Shown here: one piece after another, positions 1 through 9,150 of the stretch
Layout of the letters: every line of letters starts with the position of its first letter
Position numbering within the stretch: the stretch's first letter is position 1
Source: an uncultured Gemmatimonadales bacterium
Lineage (GTDB): Bacteria > Gemmatimonadota > Gemmatimonadetes > Gemmatimonadales > GWC2-71-9
DNA: 64,000 nt
Assembly: GCA_963779755.1 (NCBI GenBank)
Contig: CAVZZO010000001.1
Coordinates: 1,596,845-1,660,844 of the forward strand
Direction of reading: 5' to 3'
Notes under the pieces: generated by a model
The model's input: only the letters and a program-made list of their open reading frames with translations
What the model was told of the DNA's origin: nothing
The model's database searches: none
Translations under genes and position numbers: made by a program

Positions 1-1160
1 CCGCCATCTTCCGCTCGCCCATCGGCACCGCCTTCTTCGCGGTAGAAGTGCTCTACAGCAACATGGAGTTCGAGTCCCGGGCGCTGCTGTACACCATGAT
101 CGCCTCGATCGTGGCCTATGCCCTGAACGGCCTCGTGGTCGGCTGGCGGCCGCTGTTCCTCATCCCCGCCGGCATTTCCCTCAGCGGGCCGCTGGATTAC
201 GCCTGGTATGTGGTGCTGGGGGTCGCCGCCGGGATCTTCGCCACCCTGTTGCCGGCGGTCTTCTATCAGACCCGCGACCTGTTCCGGCGGCTGCCGGTCG
301 CGCCCATGTGGCGGCCGGCCATCGGCGGCCTGGGCGTGGGCATCATCGCTCTGGCGGTGCCCCAGGTACTGGGCGGCGGCTACGGCTGGATGCAGGATGC
401 GATCGACGGCCGGATCGCGGTCCTCACGCTGGTGGTTCTGCTCTTCGCCAAGCTGATCGCCATGAGCCTCACCGTCGGCTCCGGCGGATCCGGCGGCATC
501 TTCGCGCCCAGCCTCTTTCTGGGCGGCATGCTGGGCGGCCTGCTGGCGGCGGCGCTGCACCAGCCGCCCGCCCCCTTCGTGGTGGTCGGGATGGCCGCCG
601 TCTTTGCCGGCGCGGCTCACATTCCCATGGCCACGCTCATGATGGTGACGGAGATGACGGGCGGCTATACCCTGCTGGTGCCCGCCGCGCTGGCGGTGAT
701 GTTGAGCTATCTGGTGCAGTCGCGGCTGTCGCAGCGGCTCCGCTACCGCAGCATGTACGAGACCCAGGTCTCGGGTCGGGCGGACAGCGCCGCCCACCGG
801 ACCGAGCACCTGGGTATCGCCCTGCGCATCCTGCGGGAGGGCAAGCTTGCCTCCGTCTCGGGCATCGGGCCGCTGGACCTCATGACGCTGCTCAAGTCCG
901 GGATCCCGGTCGAGCTGCCGGACGGGCGCCGGCTCGGCATCGGGGTGCTCCGGCCCGATAGTACGCTGCTGCAGGATCCCGCAGGCGGCGGTCGTGCCCC
1001 ACTGGGCGAGGGAGCCGAAATCGTGGCCGTCCTGCGGGGGGCGGGGACCACCCCCGTGGGTCGGGACCAGAGCCTCCAGCCGGGCGACCGTGTGATCGTG
1101 CTGGGCCCCCCCCGGACCCTGGAGCAGCTGATCGGCAAGCACCTGGATCCCTCTCCGTAG
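1..1160 (+). CDS. ClC-family chloride channel / H+-Cl- antiporter with C-terminal RCK/TrkA-C-like tail (5'-truncated by window edge)
   Basis: The frame is open from nt 3 (AIFRSPIGTAFFAVEVLY precedes the first Met). GSGGSGGIFAPS motif and multiple TM helices. Soluble tail with PGDRVIVLG. Confidence 0.85.
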   Translation, partial: AIFRSPIGTAFFAVEVLYSNMEFESRALLYTMIASIVAYALNGLVVGWRPLFLIPAGISLSGPLDYAWYVVLGVAAGIFATLLPAVFYQTRDLFRRLPVAPMWRPAIGGLGVGIIALAVPQVLGGGYGWMQDAIDGRIAVLTLVVLLFAKLIAMSLTVGSGGSGGIFAPSLFLGGMLGGLLAAALHQPPAPFVVVGMAAVFAGAAHIPMATLMMVTEMTGGYTLLVPAALAVMLSYLVQSRLSQRLRYRSMYETQVSGRADSAAHRTEHLGIALRILREGKLASVSGIGPLDLMTLLKSGIPVELPDGRRLGIGVLRPDSTLLQDPAGGGRAPLGEGAEIVAVLRGAGTTPVGRDQSLQPGDRVIVLGPPRTLEQLIGKHLDPSP

Positions 1161-1202
1161 ATTCCCCGACGTTACCCTGACAAATCTCTTTGCTACATTG
1201 GG

Positions 1203-3284
1203 TTGCACCGCTTCTGGGATGTCCCCCCATCCCAGGGCCCTCATGCGACTCCTATCCGCGTGACCGACCAACAACAGATCGAGGATCCCCCCCGGCTTCC
1301 GGAGGAGCATCGCGAGCTGCTGGTGGAGCTGGCCAACGCTCTCCTCAAGCATGCCATGTACCCCGACGGCCACCCCATGCTGCTCTCCGCAGCGGACGGG
1401 CTGGTGCAGCGGCTGGCATCGGTGCTGCGCCAGCGCCCGGCGCTGGCGCTGGGGGTGACGCCGCGGCAGTTGATCGTGGGCGGCGCGGCTACCGACCGGG
1501 GCAATACCTTCATGGTCGAATTCGCCGGCAGGCTGCACCGGCGCAACGTGGGCGTCATCCGGTTCCAGCAGGGGGTGGAGCGGACCGAACTGGTCGAATT
1601 GTTGCGCGTTATTGCGCGCGACGGCAGCGCCGAGACCGGGATCAGCGTCCATCAGTGGCCGCACGTGCGGCTGCATCCGCTCTCCTATGGGCAGCTGGAA
1701 CTGCTGGGCAGCACCCCGCTACTGGCCGCGATGTCGTCCGACTCGTGGGCCAGCGGGTTGTGGCGCGAGCTGAGCCAGGTGGCGCTGGACGATTTCGGCG
1801 CGGACGGTTCGCTGGCCGATCCCGAGGCGATCGCGAAGGCTATCGAGGCACGCGACTGGGACCCGGCGTACGGCCAGAAGGTCGTCGGCTTCCTGAGCGA
1901 CGTGGTGGATGCCTGCCGTACGCGCGGCGGCGCCGAGGCGGCCGCGCTGCAGCATCGGACCTCCCGGCTCATCGCTTCGATGTCCCGGACCACGCTCGAG
2001 CGGCTGATGGCGTTGGAAATCGACTCGGCGCAGCGCCAGCGCTTCGTCAACGAGGTCTCCGAAGCCATGGCGGTGGAAGCGGTGCTCGACCTGGTGCAGG
2101 CGGCCGCCGCGGCGTCCAGCCGGACGCTCTCGCCCGCCATGGTGCAGCTCCTCACCAAGCTGGCCACCCACGCGAGCCGGGGCGAGCCCGGCGTGCGGGA
2201 GCACGCCGAGTATGCCTTCCGGGACCAGGTGCGGCAGCTGATCTCGGGCTGGGACCACTGGGAAAACCCCGCCCCGGAGCAGTACCAGCACACGCTCGAC
2301 CATGTGCCGGCGACCCTCCCGGTGGCGGTGCCGCGGTCGGCCCAGCCGGTGGAACCGGAGCGGGTGCTTGCGATCAGCCTGGAAGTGGGGGTGGTCGGGC
2401 CCGCCTCCGAACGCGCGGTGGAGGAGTTGCTGGCCGGCGGCCGCGTTACCGCCCTGCTGGACCTGCTGGATCACAACGCCGACTCCCCCGCGGCGGCCAG
2501 CATCAGGGAGCGGGTTCTCACCCCGGAAGCGCTGGAACGGCTGCTGGCGGTTGAGCGGCCGGACTGGCCGGCAGTGGAGCGTCTGACCGACGCGCTGGGC
2601 GGCCGCGCGGTGCCGCCGCTGGTCGATCTGGTGACGCTGGCACAGGATGCCGCGGTGCTCGACCATCTGGTGCGGCTGGTGCTCCCCCTGGGAGAGCCGG
2701 CGGTTCGGGTGGTGCTGGAGCGGCTGCCCGAGGCGCCCTGGCCGGAGCAGCGCAACCTGCTGGTGCTGCTGGCACGCTTCCCCACGCTGCCGAGCGATTT
2801 CGCGCCGGCGGCCTTTACCCGGCACGAGGATCTCGAGATCCGCTACGAAGCCCTGCGCATCCTGCTGGGCTCGCCCGCGGTGCGCACCCGTGCCATCTGC
2901 GATGCCCTGGCCACGGGCGAAGGCCGCAGTGTGCGGGCCGGGGTCGTCGCCGCCGCCGAGCAGTGTCCAGCCGCCGCGGTGCCGGTGATTGTCCGGCTGC
3001 TGCGCAGGCACGACATGGAAGAGGGTCTCCGGCCGGTGGCGGTCCGGGCTATCGCGGCGGTGCCGGTCCGGGCCACCATCGACTGTCTCACCGGCCTCTG
3101 CCTCACGCGCACTCGCGTCCTGCGCCGGCTCCGGCTGGCGCCCCGCAGCCCGGCGATGCTCGCCGCCCTGCGGGGTCTTGCCGCCCACTGGCGCGAGGAT
3201 CCCCGCGCCAGGCCGGTCTTCCGCCTGGCGCAGGACTCGCCCGACGCCGAGGTGCGGGCGGCGGCGATGGAGCGCGCCGGATGA
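1203..3284 (+). CDS. Hypothetical signalling-associated protein: N-terminal domain paralogous to the N-terminus of the next HD-GYP gene, plus C-terminal HEAT/ARM-like helical repeats
   Basis: 693-aa ORF. TTG start at 1203, alternative GTG at 1260. The block LLKHAMYPDGHP...L resembles LATMKLYSPGHP...L of the downstream protein. Stop overlaps the next start (ATGA at 3281-3284). Confidence 0.7.
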   Translation: MHRFWDVPPSQGPHATPIRVTDQQQIEDPPRLPEEHRELLVELANALLKHAMYPDGHPMLLSAADGLVQRLASVLRQRPALALGVTPRQLIVGGAATDRGNTFMVEFAGRLHRRNVGVIRFQQGVERTELVELLRVIARDGSAETGISVHQWPHVRLHPLSYGQLELLGSTPLLAAMSSDSWASGLWRELSQVALDDFGADGSLADPEAIAKAIEARDWDPAYGQKVVGFLSDVVDACRTRGGAEAAALQHRTSRLIASMSRTTLERLMALEIDSAQRQRFVNEVSEAMAVEAVLDLVQAAAAASSRTLSPAMVQLLTKLATHASRGEPGVREHAEYAFRDQVRQLISGWDHWENPAPEQYQHTLDHVPATLPVAVPRSAQPVEPERVLAISLEVGVVGPASERAVEELLAGGRVTALLDLLDHNADSPAAASIRERVLTPEALERLLAVERPDWPAVERLTDALGGRAVPPLVDLVTLAQDAAVLDHLVRLVLPLGEPAVRVVLERLPEAPWPEQRNLLVLLARFPTLPSDFAPAAFTRHEDLEIRYEALRILLGSPAVRTRAICDALATGEGRSVRAGVVAAAEQCPAAAVPVIVRLLRRHDMEEGLRPVAVRAIAAVPVRATIDCLTGLCLTRTRVLRRLRLAPRSPAMLAALRGLAAHWREDPRARPVFRLAQDSPDAEVRAAAMERAG

Positions 3285-4429
3285 GCGGGCCGGCCATCAC
3301 CTTTCTTACCGGGTTCGCCCAGTCGCTGGCGACCATGAAGCTCTACAGCCCGGGCCACCCTGCGCGCGGGCGGGCGGTGGACGGCTCCTTCCACCAGCTG
3401 CAGGCGCTGCTGGAGACCGAGCCGCGGCCGACCTTCTCCTTTCTGGATGAGCGCGTGATCTACCGGGAGCACCCGCTGCACGAGATGCAGCGCTGGCCCT
3501 GGTCATGCCGGCTGGCGGCCGCAGGCATCCAGCGCATGGAGTTCGACCGCTCGCTGAGCCGTGACGACTACGCCGGTTTTCTGGACGAAGTCCTGCTCCG
3601 TCTCACCAGCGGGGATGTCGAGCCGGGCCGCGCGCCGGGCGAGCGGCTCAGCGTCCGCTTCGGCCAGGTGGGAGTCCGGGAAGGCGATGAGGTCGTCGAA
3701 GGGGAGGGAATACCGGATGTCCGGCTGAAGTACACGCTGGACGAGGAGCGGCAGGTGATGCAGTACCTGCGGGAGCGGGCCCAGCAGGACGGGACCCTTT
3801 CCAGCGGCGAAGTGGAGACGGTGGTGCGTTCCCTGGCGGTGGCGATGCACGGCGACGGGCAGCTGATGGCGCCGCTCTGCGCGCTGCGGGAGCACGACGA
3901 CTACGCGACCATCCACGCCCTCAATACCGCCGTGCTGGCCATGACCTTCGGCGAGAGCATGGGGCTCTCGGACGTGCGGGTGCACGAGCTGGGGAGCGCT
4001 GCCCTGCTGCATGATATCGGGATGACGCGCATGCCGGCCGAGGTCATGGGTTCCAACTCCCTGACGTCGGAGCAGCGCGCCCGGGTGGAGGAGCACGCTC
4101 TCCTGGGGGCGCGCATGATCCTGCAAAACGGTGAGCTGCCGGCGCTGGCCGCCGTGGTGGCCTATGAGCACCACATGCGGCCCGACGGGACCGGCTACCC
4201 GCGCCTGGCCCAGGCCCGCGCCTGTCATCAGGCGAGCCAGGTGGTGGCGGTCTGCAGCACCTACGACGCCCTCCGCATGGCGCGCCCCTACCGGCCGGCC
4301 TGGCAGATGCCGAAGATCCTGGAGTATATCTACGAAGGCGCCGGCACCGTCTTCGACCGCGAAGCCGCCTGGGACTTCGTGGCCATGATGCAGCGGCTGG
4401 AGGGGAGGGTGGTGTCGCTGGAGACGTGA
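3281..4429 (+). CDS. HD-GYP domain phosphohydrolase (putative c-di-GMP phosphodiesterase)
   Basis: ATG at 3281 inside the longer 2963..4429 ORF. HDIGM (HD) and HHMRPDGTGYP (GYP) motifs. Confidence 0.85.
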   Translation: MSGPAITFLTGFAQSLATMKLYSPGHPARGRAVDGSFHQLQALLETEPRPTFSFLDERVIYREHPLHEMQRWPWSCRLAAAGIQRMEFDRSLSRDDYAGFLDEVLLRLTSGDVEPGRAPGERLSVRFGQVGVREGDEVVEGEGIPDVRLKYTLDEERQVMQYLRERAQQDGTLSSGEVETVVRSLAVAMHGDGQLMAPLCALREHDDYATIHALNTAVLAMTFGESMGLSDVRVHELGSAALLHDIGMTRMPAEVMGSNSLTSEQRARVEEHALLGARMILQNGELPALAAVVAYEHHMRPDGTGYPRLAQARACHQASQVVAVCSTYDALRMARPYRPAWQMPKILEYIYEGAGTVFDREAAWDFVAMMQRLEGRVVSLET

Positions 4430-4502
4430 GACGTGAGAAGTAAGAAGTAAGAAACGAGGCGGCGGGCACGGCGGCTTACCTCTCACTTCTCACTTCTCAC
4501 AC
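4424..4502. terminator. Heptamer-built hairpin between convergent genes (putative bidirectional terminator)
   Basis: Left arm ACGTGAG x2, AAGTAAG x2, AAACGAG (4424-4458). Right arm CTTACCT, CTCACTT x2, CTCACAC (4475-4502). About 17 of 19 positions pair, with A.C mismatches. Confidence 0.55.
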
Positions 4503-4507
4503 CCGGC

Positions 4508-5752
4508 TCAGCACCCGATCCTCACCGTACTTACCACAAAGTTGTCCATCCACCGGTCCTGTGCCACGGGCGAGCCGGCGTTCCAGTAGTTCTCCAGGAA
4601 GACCGCGTTGATGCCGTAGGCATTGAACGACCCTACCCAGTTCAGGGTGCTGCCGCCGCCCTGGCGGACGCCGTCGACCCAGAACTCGAAGATTCCGTTG
4701 CTCCGGCCCGCATCGTTGAGCCGGACGTGGGCCTCCACGCAGTGCCAGGCACCCACGTGCGCGGCGTCGTAGAGCGGAGTGGTCCCCCGCATGGCGCCGA
4801 GCCAGCGCAGGTTGGGGAAGTCATTATAGGCGGTGGTCCTGAGGTTCCCCTGCGGATCGGTGCCGGAAGCCGGATCCATGACCAGGTAGTACTTGCCGCT
4901 GTTGCGCCCGCTCCAGAGATGCGCCATCATCGCCTCCGCCCAGCTGGAGGACGAGGCAAAGATGATGGCCCGGGTGAGCTTGTCGCCGCCGCCCCCGGTC
5001 CAGCCTGCCTGGTTGCGGAGATAGAGCCGCCAGTAGATCTCGCGATAGTTCTGCGTGCCCCCGTCCACCGGGTGGAACGCCGCCTGCGGCGTGCGGCCGA
5101 AGGCCAGGTGCAGCGCGCCGGCCGAGACCTGCCCGACGGCGAAGTGGGCCCGCATGGCCCAGGAGCCGCCATTGCCGCTCCCGGCCTCGCGTACGAAGCT
5201 GTTGTTGTTGGGCACGTACTCGAAATAGCTGTTCAGCCGGTCCTGGTCGAAATCGTCGCACCAGATCCAGCCCGCCCGGGGCGCCGCGCACTCGTTGGCC
5301 AGGCCGGAAGGCGGGGGCGGGGGTGGCGGCGAGGCCGTATCGGCGATCACCACCCGGGCGGTGTCGGCCAGCCCGCTGCCGGGATCGGTGGCGATCACCA
5401 GCCAGCTGCCCGGCGTGCTGCCGGCCGCATACCGCCCCGTGCCGTCGATCGACCCGCCGCTGGCCGACCAGTTCGCCGCCACGAAGGTGCTCTCGCCCGG
5501 CTGGCCCTCGAACCGGAAGGCGCTGAAGCGAGCACTGTCTCCCGGATCGAGGCTGACGGCGCCGGGCGCGACGGCGAGGGAGGGCGATCCGGCGCCCGGG
5601 ACGGAGGGCGCGCCGGCGTCGCCGGCGGCACAGGCGGCGGCGAGGAGGCAGGCGGCTAGCACGGGCAGCGATCCGGCAAGACGGAGTGGCGGGTCTGTCC
5701 GCCACGCAGAATAGGGCACTGGCGACATCCGGTGGGAGGAACGCCCAAACAC
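4508..5752 (-). CDS. Secreted lipoprotein: Ig-like (Big_2-like) domain, poly-Pro linker, ConA-like/polysaccharide-lyase-like C-terminal domain
   Basis: Lipobox LLAAAC. PPPPPPPP linker. C-terminal region with WIWCDDFD, FEFWVDG and ENYWNAG. The start may instead be Met9 (5728). Confidence 0.7.
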   Translation of the reverse strand: MFGRSSHRMSPVPYSAWRTDPPLRLAGSLPVLAACLLAAACAAGDAGAPSVPGAGSPSLAVAPGAVSLDPGDSARFSAFRFEGQPGESTFVAANWSASGGSIDGTGRYAAGSTPGSWLVIATDPGSGLADTARVVIADTASPPPPPPPSGLANECAAPRAGWIWCDDFDQDRLNSYFEYVPNNNSFVREAGSGNGGSWAMRAHFAVGQVSAGALHLAFGRTPQAAFHPVDGGTQNYREIYWRLYLRNQAGWTGGGGDKLTRAIIFASSSSWAEAMMAHLWSGRNSGKYYLVMDPASGTDPQGNLRTTAYNDFPNLRWLGAMRGTTPLYDAAHVGAWHCVEAHVRLNDAGRSNGIFEFWVDGVRQGGGSTLNWVGSFNAYGINAVFLENYWNAGSPVAQDRWMDNFVVSTVRIGC

Positions 5753-5810
5753 TGGGCCGGATGTACACCAGGTGCAATTGACATATTCCAGACAGTGTCA
5801 AAAATGTTAG

Positions 5811-5845
5811 GGGACCAGGGACCAGGGACCAGGGACCAGGGACGA
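5811..5845. repeat. Tandem heptamer GGGACCA x4 plus GGGACGA
   Basis: Read directly from the sequence. Lies between two minus-strand genes. No complementary arm nearby. Confidence 0.9.
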
Positions 5846-5863
5846 GGAAGCCGCGACCAGCGA

Positions 5864-6709
5864 CTATTTGAAGATCCCGAATAGCTCTCCCAGCGCCGCC
5901 CCTTCCTCTGCGATCGGCAGCTTGAACAGCTTGGCCGCATTCTGGTACATGATCTTGCGCTTTTCGTGGTCGGGCAGTTTCAGGTCTTCCATGAAGCGCA
6001 GGTAGCCTTCCATCGACGAAATGGGCCAGTCGGTGCCGAATAACACGTTCTCCGGTTCCACGCCGTAGATCAGCATCTCCTGAAGTTGCTGGCGCATGTA
6101 GCGCTCGAAGCGGTCGGAGAAGTTGCCCAGTGTGAGGCCCGAGATATCAGTGTACACGTTGGCGTTCTTGTACACCACCTCCATGCAGTCGCGGATCCAG
6201 GGATTGCCGATGTGGCAGATGACGAAGTTGACCCGGGGGAAATCGACCGCCACCTCGTCCACGTTCAGCGGGTGGGCGAATTTGACCTTGCCGCTCGGCG
6301 CATACGTATCGCCGGTGTGGATCATGACGGGCACGTCGAACTCTTCGGCCAGCCGGTAGACCGGTGCCAGCTTCGGGTCCGCAGGGTAGAACGGCTGGTA
6401 GCCGGGATAGAGCTTGAGCCCCCGGACCGAGCCCTCCTCCAGGTACTGCCGTAGCTCGTTCAGCGACTCGGGAGTGAACCCGTCGTAGCTGATGCCGGCC
6501 ACGACGTAAATATTCTTGAGGCCGCGAGTGGCTTCGATCACCTGGTGGGTGGAGGGGCGCCCCGGGCTCACCTTGTAGGAGGTGAGCACCAGGGCGATGT
6601 CCACCCGGTTCCGCCGCAGCTCGTGCTGCAGCTTCCGGAGGCTCTCGTCCAGCGCGCTGACGGTCTCGTCGTGGTAGTTGTTGAGGTGCGTGTGGCAGTC
6701 GATGATCAT
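5864..6709 (-). CDS. Amidohydrolase-family metal-dependent hydrolase (TIM barrel)
   Basis: Start chosen at MIIDCHTHLNNYH (typical HxH metal motif at the N-terminus). The longer ORF to 6787 reads through a repeat element. GC is visibly lower than in neighbouring genes. Confidence 0.8.
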   Translation of the reverse strand: MIIDCHTHLNNYHDETVSALDESLRKLQHELRRNRVDIALVLTSYKVSPGRPSTHQVIEATRGLKNIYVVAGISYDGFTPESLNELRQYLEEGSVRGLKLYPGYQPFYPADPKLAPVYRLAEEFDVPVMIHTGDTYAPSGKVKFAHPLNVDEVAVDFPRVNFVICHIGNPWIRDCMEVVYKNANVYTDISGLTLGNFSDRFERYMRQQLQEMLIYGVEPENVLFGTDWPISSMEGYLRFMEDLKLPDHEKRKIMYQNAAKLFKLPIAEEGAALGELFGIFK

Positions 6710-6727
6710 CGCAGTGAGTGCCGGGTT

Positions 6728-6878
6728 AACCGCAAAGACGCGAAGGACGCCAGGGGACGCGAAGGAGCCGTCCTCAATGGCCTCCATGGGGCTGGAGTTG
6801 CCGCATTCGCGATTCCATGCCCTGTTACCAAAGAATACTCCTTCGCGGTTCCTCGCGCTCCCTCGCGTCTTCGCGGTT
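6728..6878. repeat. Hairpin element of about 150 nt with imperfect 40-nt inverted arms rich in CGCGAAGG (copy C)
   Basis: Left arm 6728-6767 and right arm 6838-6878, about 33 of 40 positions paired. The 70-nt centre contains TCCATGGGGCT. Lies directly 3' of the TM-helix gene that ends at 6882. Confidence 0.8.
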
Positions 6879-6881
6879 GAA

Positions 6882-7553
6882 TCAGCCCCGGGTGGAGCGG
6901 GACGTCCGCTCCAGGATCCGCGCCGCCCAGTCGCGGCCGCCCAGCCCGAAGGCCAGCGCCAGCGCCAGGCAGAAGCCGCCGAAGGCGATCTGAAAGGCCG
7001 AGACCAGTACCTGGCCGCCCACCTGCAGCTGCTCCAGCGCCAGCGAGACCACGAATACCAGCACCGCGTACTGCGCGATGATGCTGATGAGCAAGGCGCC
7101 TTCGATGCCTACGTTGCTCAGGTAGGTGAAAGTCACTCCCCGGATCAGCCGGGCGAAGAGCGTCCCGAACATGAGCACCAGGATGGCGACGAAGACGCGC
7201 GGCAGGTAGAGCACGATCTGGTTCAGCAGGTCGGCCGCGGCGCCCAGCCCCAGCGCGTTGAGTAGCGCCAGGACCACCGCAAAGAGCACCAGCCAGTAGA
7301 GCAGGTTGGCCAGAATGGTGATGGTGGTGGAGCGGACCCCGCCCTGGATCAGGAAGTCCTCGATACCGCTTCGCTCGGCCAGGGCCTCGAGCCGGATCAG
7401 ACGGAAGAAACGAATGGCCAGACGCCGCAGCAGTCGCGCCGCGAGCCAGCCCAGGAGGAGCAGCACCACCGCGACCGCGATACGCGGCAGCACCTGCCCC
7501 AGCTCGATCCAGAACTGCCGGAACGCGTCCAGCATGGTGGTCGCCTGATCCAT
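6882..7553 (-). CDS. Polytopic membrane protein of the conserved TM-helix-repeat type (MscS N-terminal-like), paralog 1
   Basis: 223 aa with 5-6 hydrophobic helices. Same architecture as 11411..12076. Confidence 0.7.
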   Translation of the reverse strand: MDQATTMLDAFRQFWIELGQVLPRIAVAVVLLLLGWLAARLLRRLAIRFFRLIRLEALAERSGIEDFLIQGGVRSTTITILANLLYWLVLFAVVLALLNALGLGAAADLLNQIVLYLPRVFVAILVLMFGTLFARLIRGVTFTYLSNVGIEGALLISIIAQYAVLVFVVSLALEQLQVGGQVLVSAFQIAFGGFCLALALAFGLGGRDWAARILERTSRSTRG

Positions 7554-7639
7554 GAGTGCGCCCTCCCGTGGGAGTCAGGGGAATCGGGGTCGTTGCGATG
7601 CAGGAGAATAATGTCCCGGGAGATCGGGCGGGAATGGAA

Positions 7640-7662
7640 ACTGCCGCCACGGAGGCGGCAGT
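7640..7662 (-). terminator. Stem-loop ACTGCCGCC-acgga-GGCGGCAGT
   Basis: Perfect 9-bp stem, 38 nt downstream of the stop of the 7700..7993 gene. Confidence 0.5.
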
Positions 7663-7699
7663 TGTCTGCTGGCAGGCCGGCCTTTGGGGCAGGGTCGGG

Positions 7700-7993
7700 C
7701 TAGCCGGGGGAGGACCTCTTCCACTGCTCGGCGATCCGGAGCGCCTCGTCCATAGGCTCGCAGGGGCCGTCCATGAGCCGGCGGCAGCGTTTACTCAGGC
7801 TGGCGAGCCGTTCCAGCACATCGGCCGGGTCGCAGTGGTCGCCGCCATCGGTCAGGGTGCGATGCAGCGCCCGCAGGTCGCGCCGGAAGTGCGCCGCATC
7901 GGAGTTGCCGTCCTGCCGCAGGCGGCTCCGGAGTTGGGGATCGCTGTCGATGTCGTCCAGCAGCAGGGCCACGAGGGCCGCGCTGGTTCCCAT
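7700..7993 (-). CDS. Small acidic hypothetical protein (98 aa)
   Basis: ATG at 7993 is preceded by GGAGG about 6 nt upstream. Lies downstream of, and co-directional with, the response regulator. No recognisable motif. Confidence 0.45.
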   Translation of the reverse strand: MGTSAALVALLLDDIDSDPQLRSRLRQDGNSDAAHFRRDLRALHRTLTDGGDHCDPADVLERLASLSKRCRRLMDGPCEPMDEALRIAEQWKRSSPG

Positions 7994-8152
7994 GCCCCCC
8001 TCCTCGAACGAGCACACCCCCACCCCCTGACCCGGTACAGGGTTAACAAGGGGTGCAAAAATATCCGCGATCTTTTTGTCTCGCGAGTCAGGGTATCCGC
8101 CTACAGGAACGTCGGCGCTCGCCTACAAGCAGCGACGAGCCCGGCCGACAAC

Positions 8153-8857
8153 CTAGGCTTGGAGCCAGCCTTGGAGCAGCGCGTAGCGGACGATGTCGGC
8201 CCGGCTGCGGAAGCCCAGCTTGTCCATGGAGCGGGCCTTGTAGGTCTCGACCGTCTTGACGCTGATGGCGAGCCGGGTGGCGATTTCCTTATTGGTATAG
8301 CCCTCGCTGATCAGCCGGACCACCTCGGTTTCCCGGTCGCTCAGGGTGGTATCCCGGGCCGCTGCCGGCTCCCGGATCACACCGTCGCCGTCGGTCCGGG
8401 CAAAGGCGCGGTCAATGTAGGTCTCGCCCGAGGCGACCGAGCGGATGGCGCGGATCAGCTCTTCGGGGGCCGAACGCTTGAGCACGTAGCCCGCGGCTCC
8501 GGCGGAGAGCATCTGCCTGAGGTAGCTGCGCTGTTCGTGGACCGTGAGCGCCAGGATGCGTGCGTCGGGGCAGCGCTCCCGGATCTGGCCGGTGGCCTGC
8601 AGTCCGCTGGCGCCCTCCAGCGAGATGTCCATGATGACGATGTCGGGCTGAATGGCGGCCGCCTGCTCGACGGCGTCGGGACCGTTGGCCGCCTCGGCCA
8701 CGACGGCCATGTCGTTTTCTTCGGCGATCAGCGCCTTGACGCCATGGCGCACCACGGGATGGTCTTCGGCCAGCAGGATACGGAGCGTTCGGGCTTCGGC
8801 GGCCCCTGCAGCAGGGGTACTGGGGTGCAACGCGCTTTGGATGGTCATTGGGGGCAT
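8153..8857 (-). CDS. NarL/FixJ (LuxR-type HTH) response regulator, orphan
   Basis: Receiver domain (ILLAEDHP, IVIMDISL) and LuxR HTH (LSDRETEVVRLISEGYTNKEIA). Start at Met 8857 or Met 8848. Confidence 0.9.
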   Translation of the reverse strand: MPPMTIQSALHPSTPAAGAAEARTLRILLAEDHPVVRHGVKALIAEENDMAVVAEAANGPDAVEQAAAIQPDIVIMDISLEGASGLQATGQIRERCPDARILALTVHEQRSYLRQMLSAGAAGYVLKRSAPEELIRAIRSVASGETYIDRAFARTDGDGVIREPAAARDTTLSDRETEVVRLISEGYTNKEIATRLAISVKTVETYKARSMDKLGFRSRADIVRYALLQGWLQA

Positions 8858-9150
8858 CCGTTCCCGCAAAGAGAGCCGCGACCGCGAGGCACCCGGGCGG
8901 GTGTCCGTTCGCTGCGGCAAACAGGGCCAGGACTCCGGGCCGGTTCCCGAAGAGGGAAGGAGGGAGTGAGCCTTGCTTTTCGGAAGAGACGCCTGCGCCA
9001 GCCGGGCCGCTCGGCGTGTTTCCAACTGCATCTCGATGTTAAGGCCGGTGTAAGGAAATGTCGAGTGGCCGCCGTCCCTGCGGGCGCCGTTCCGGCGGAA
9101 CCGGGCGCCGCCCCCCGGGCGCATCTTGTTGAAGCCGCTTATTATAGGAT

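Noticed and set aside
6710-6787. N-terminal extension of the amidohydrolase ORF (MEAIEDGSF...)
   Set aside because: The extension is encoded by hairpin element C. The conserved metal-binding N-terminus begins at MIIDCHTH (6709).
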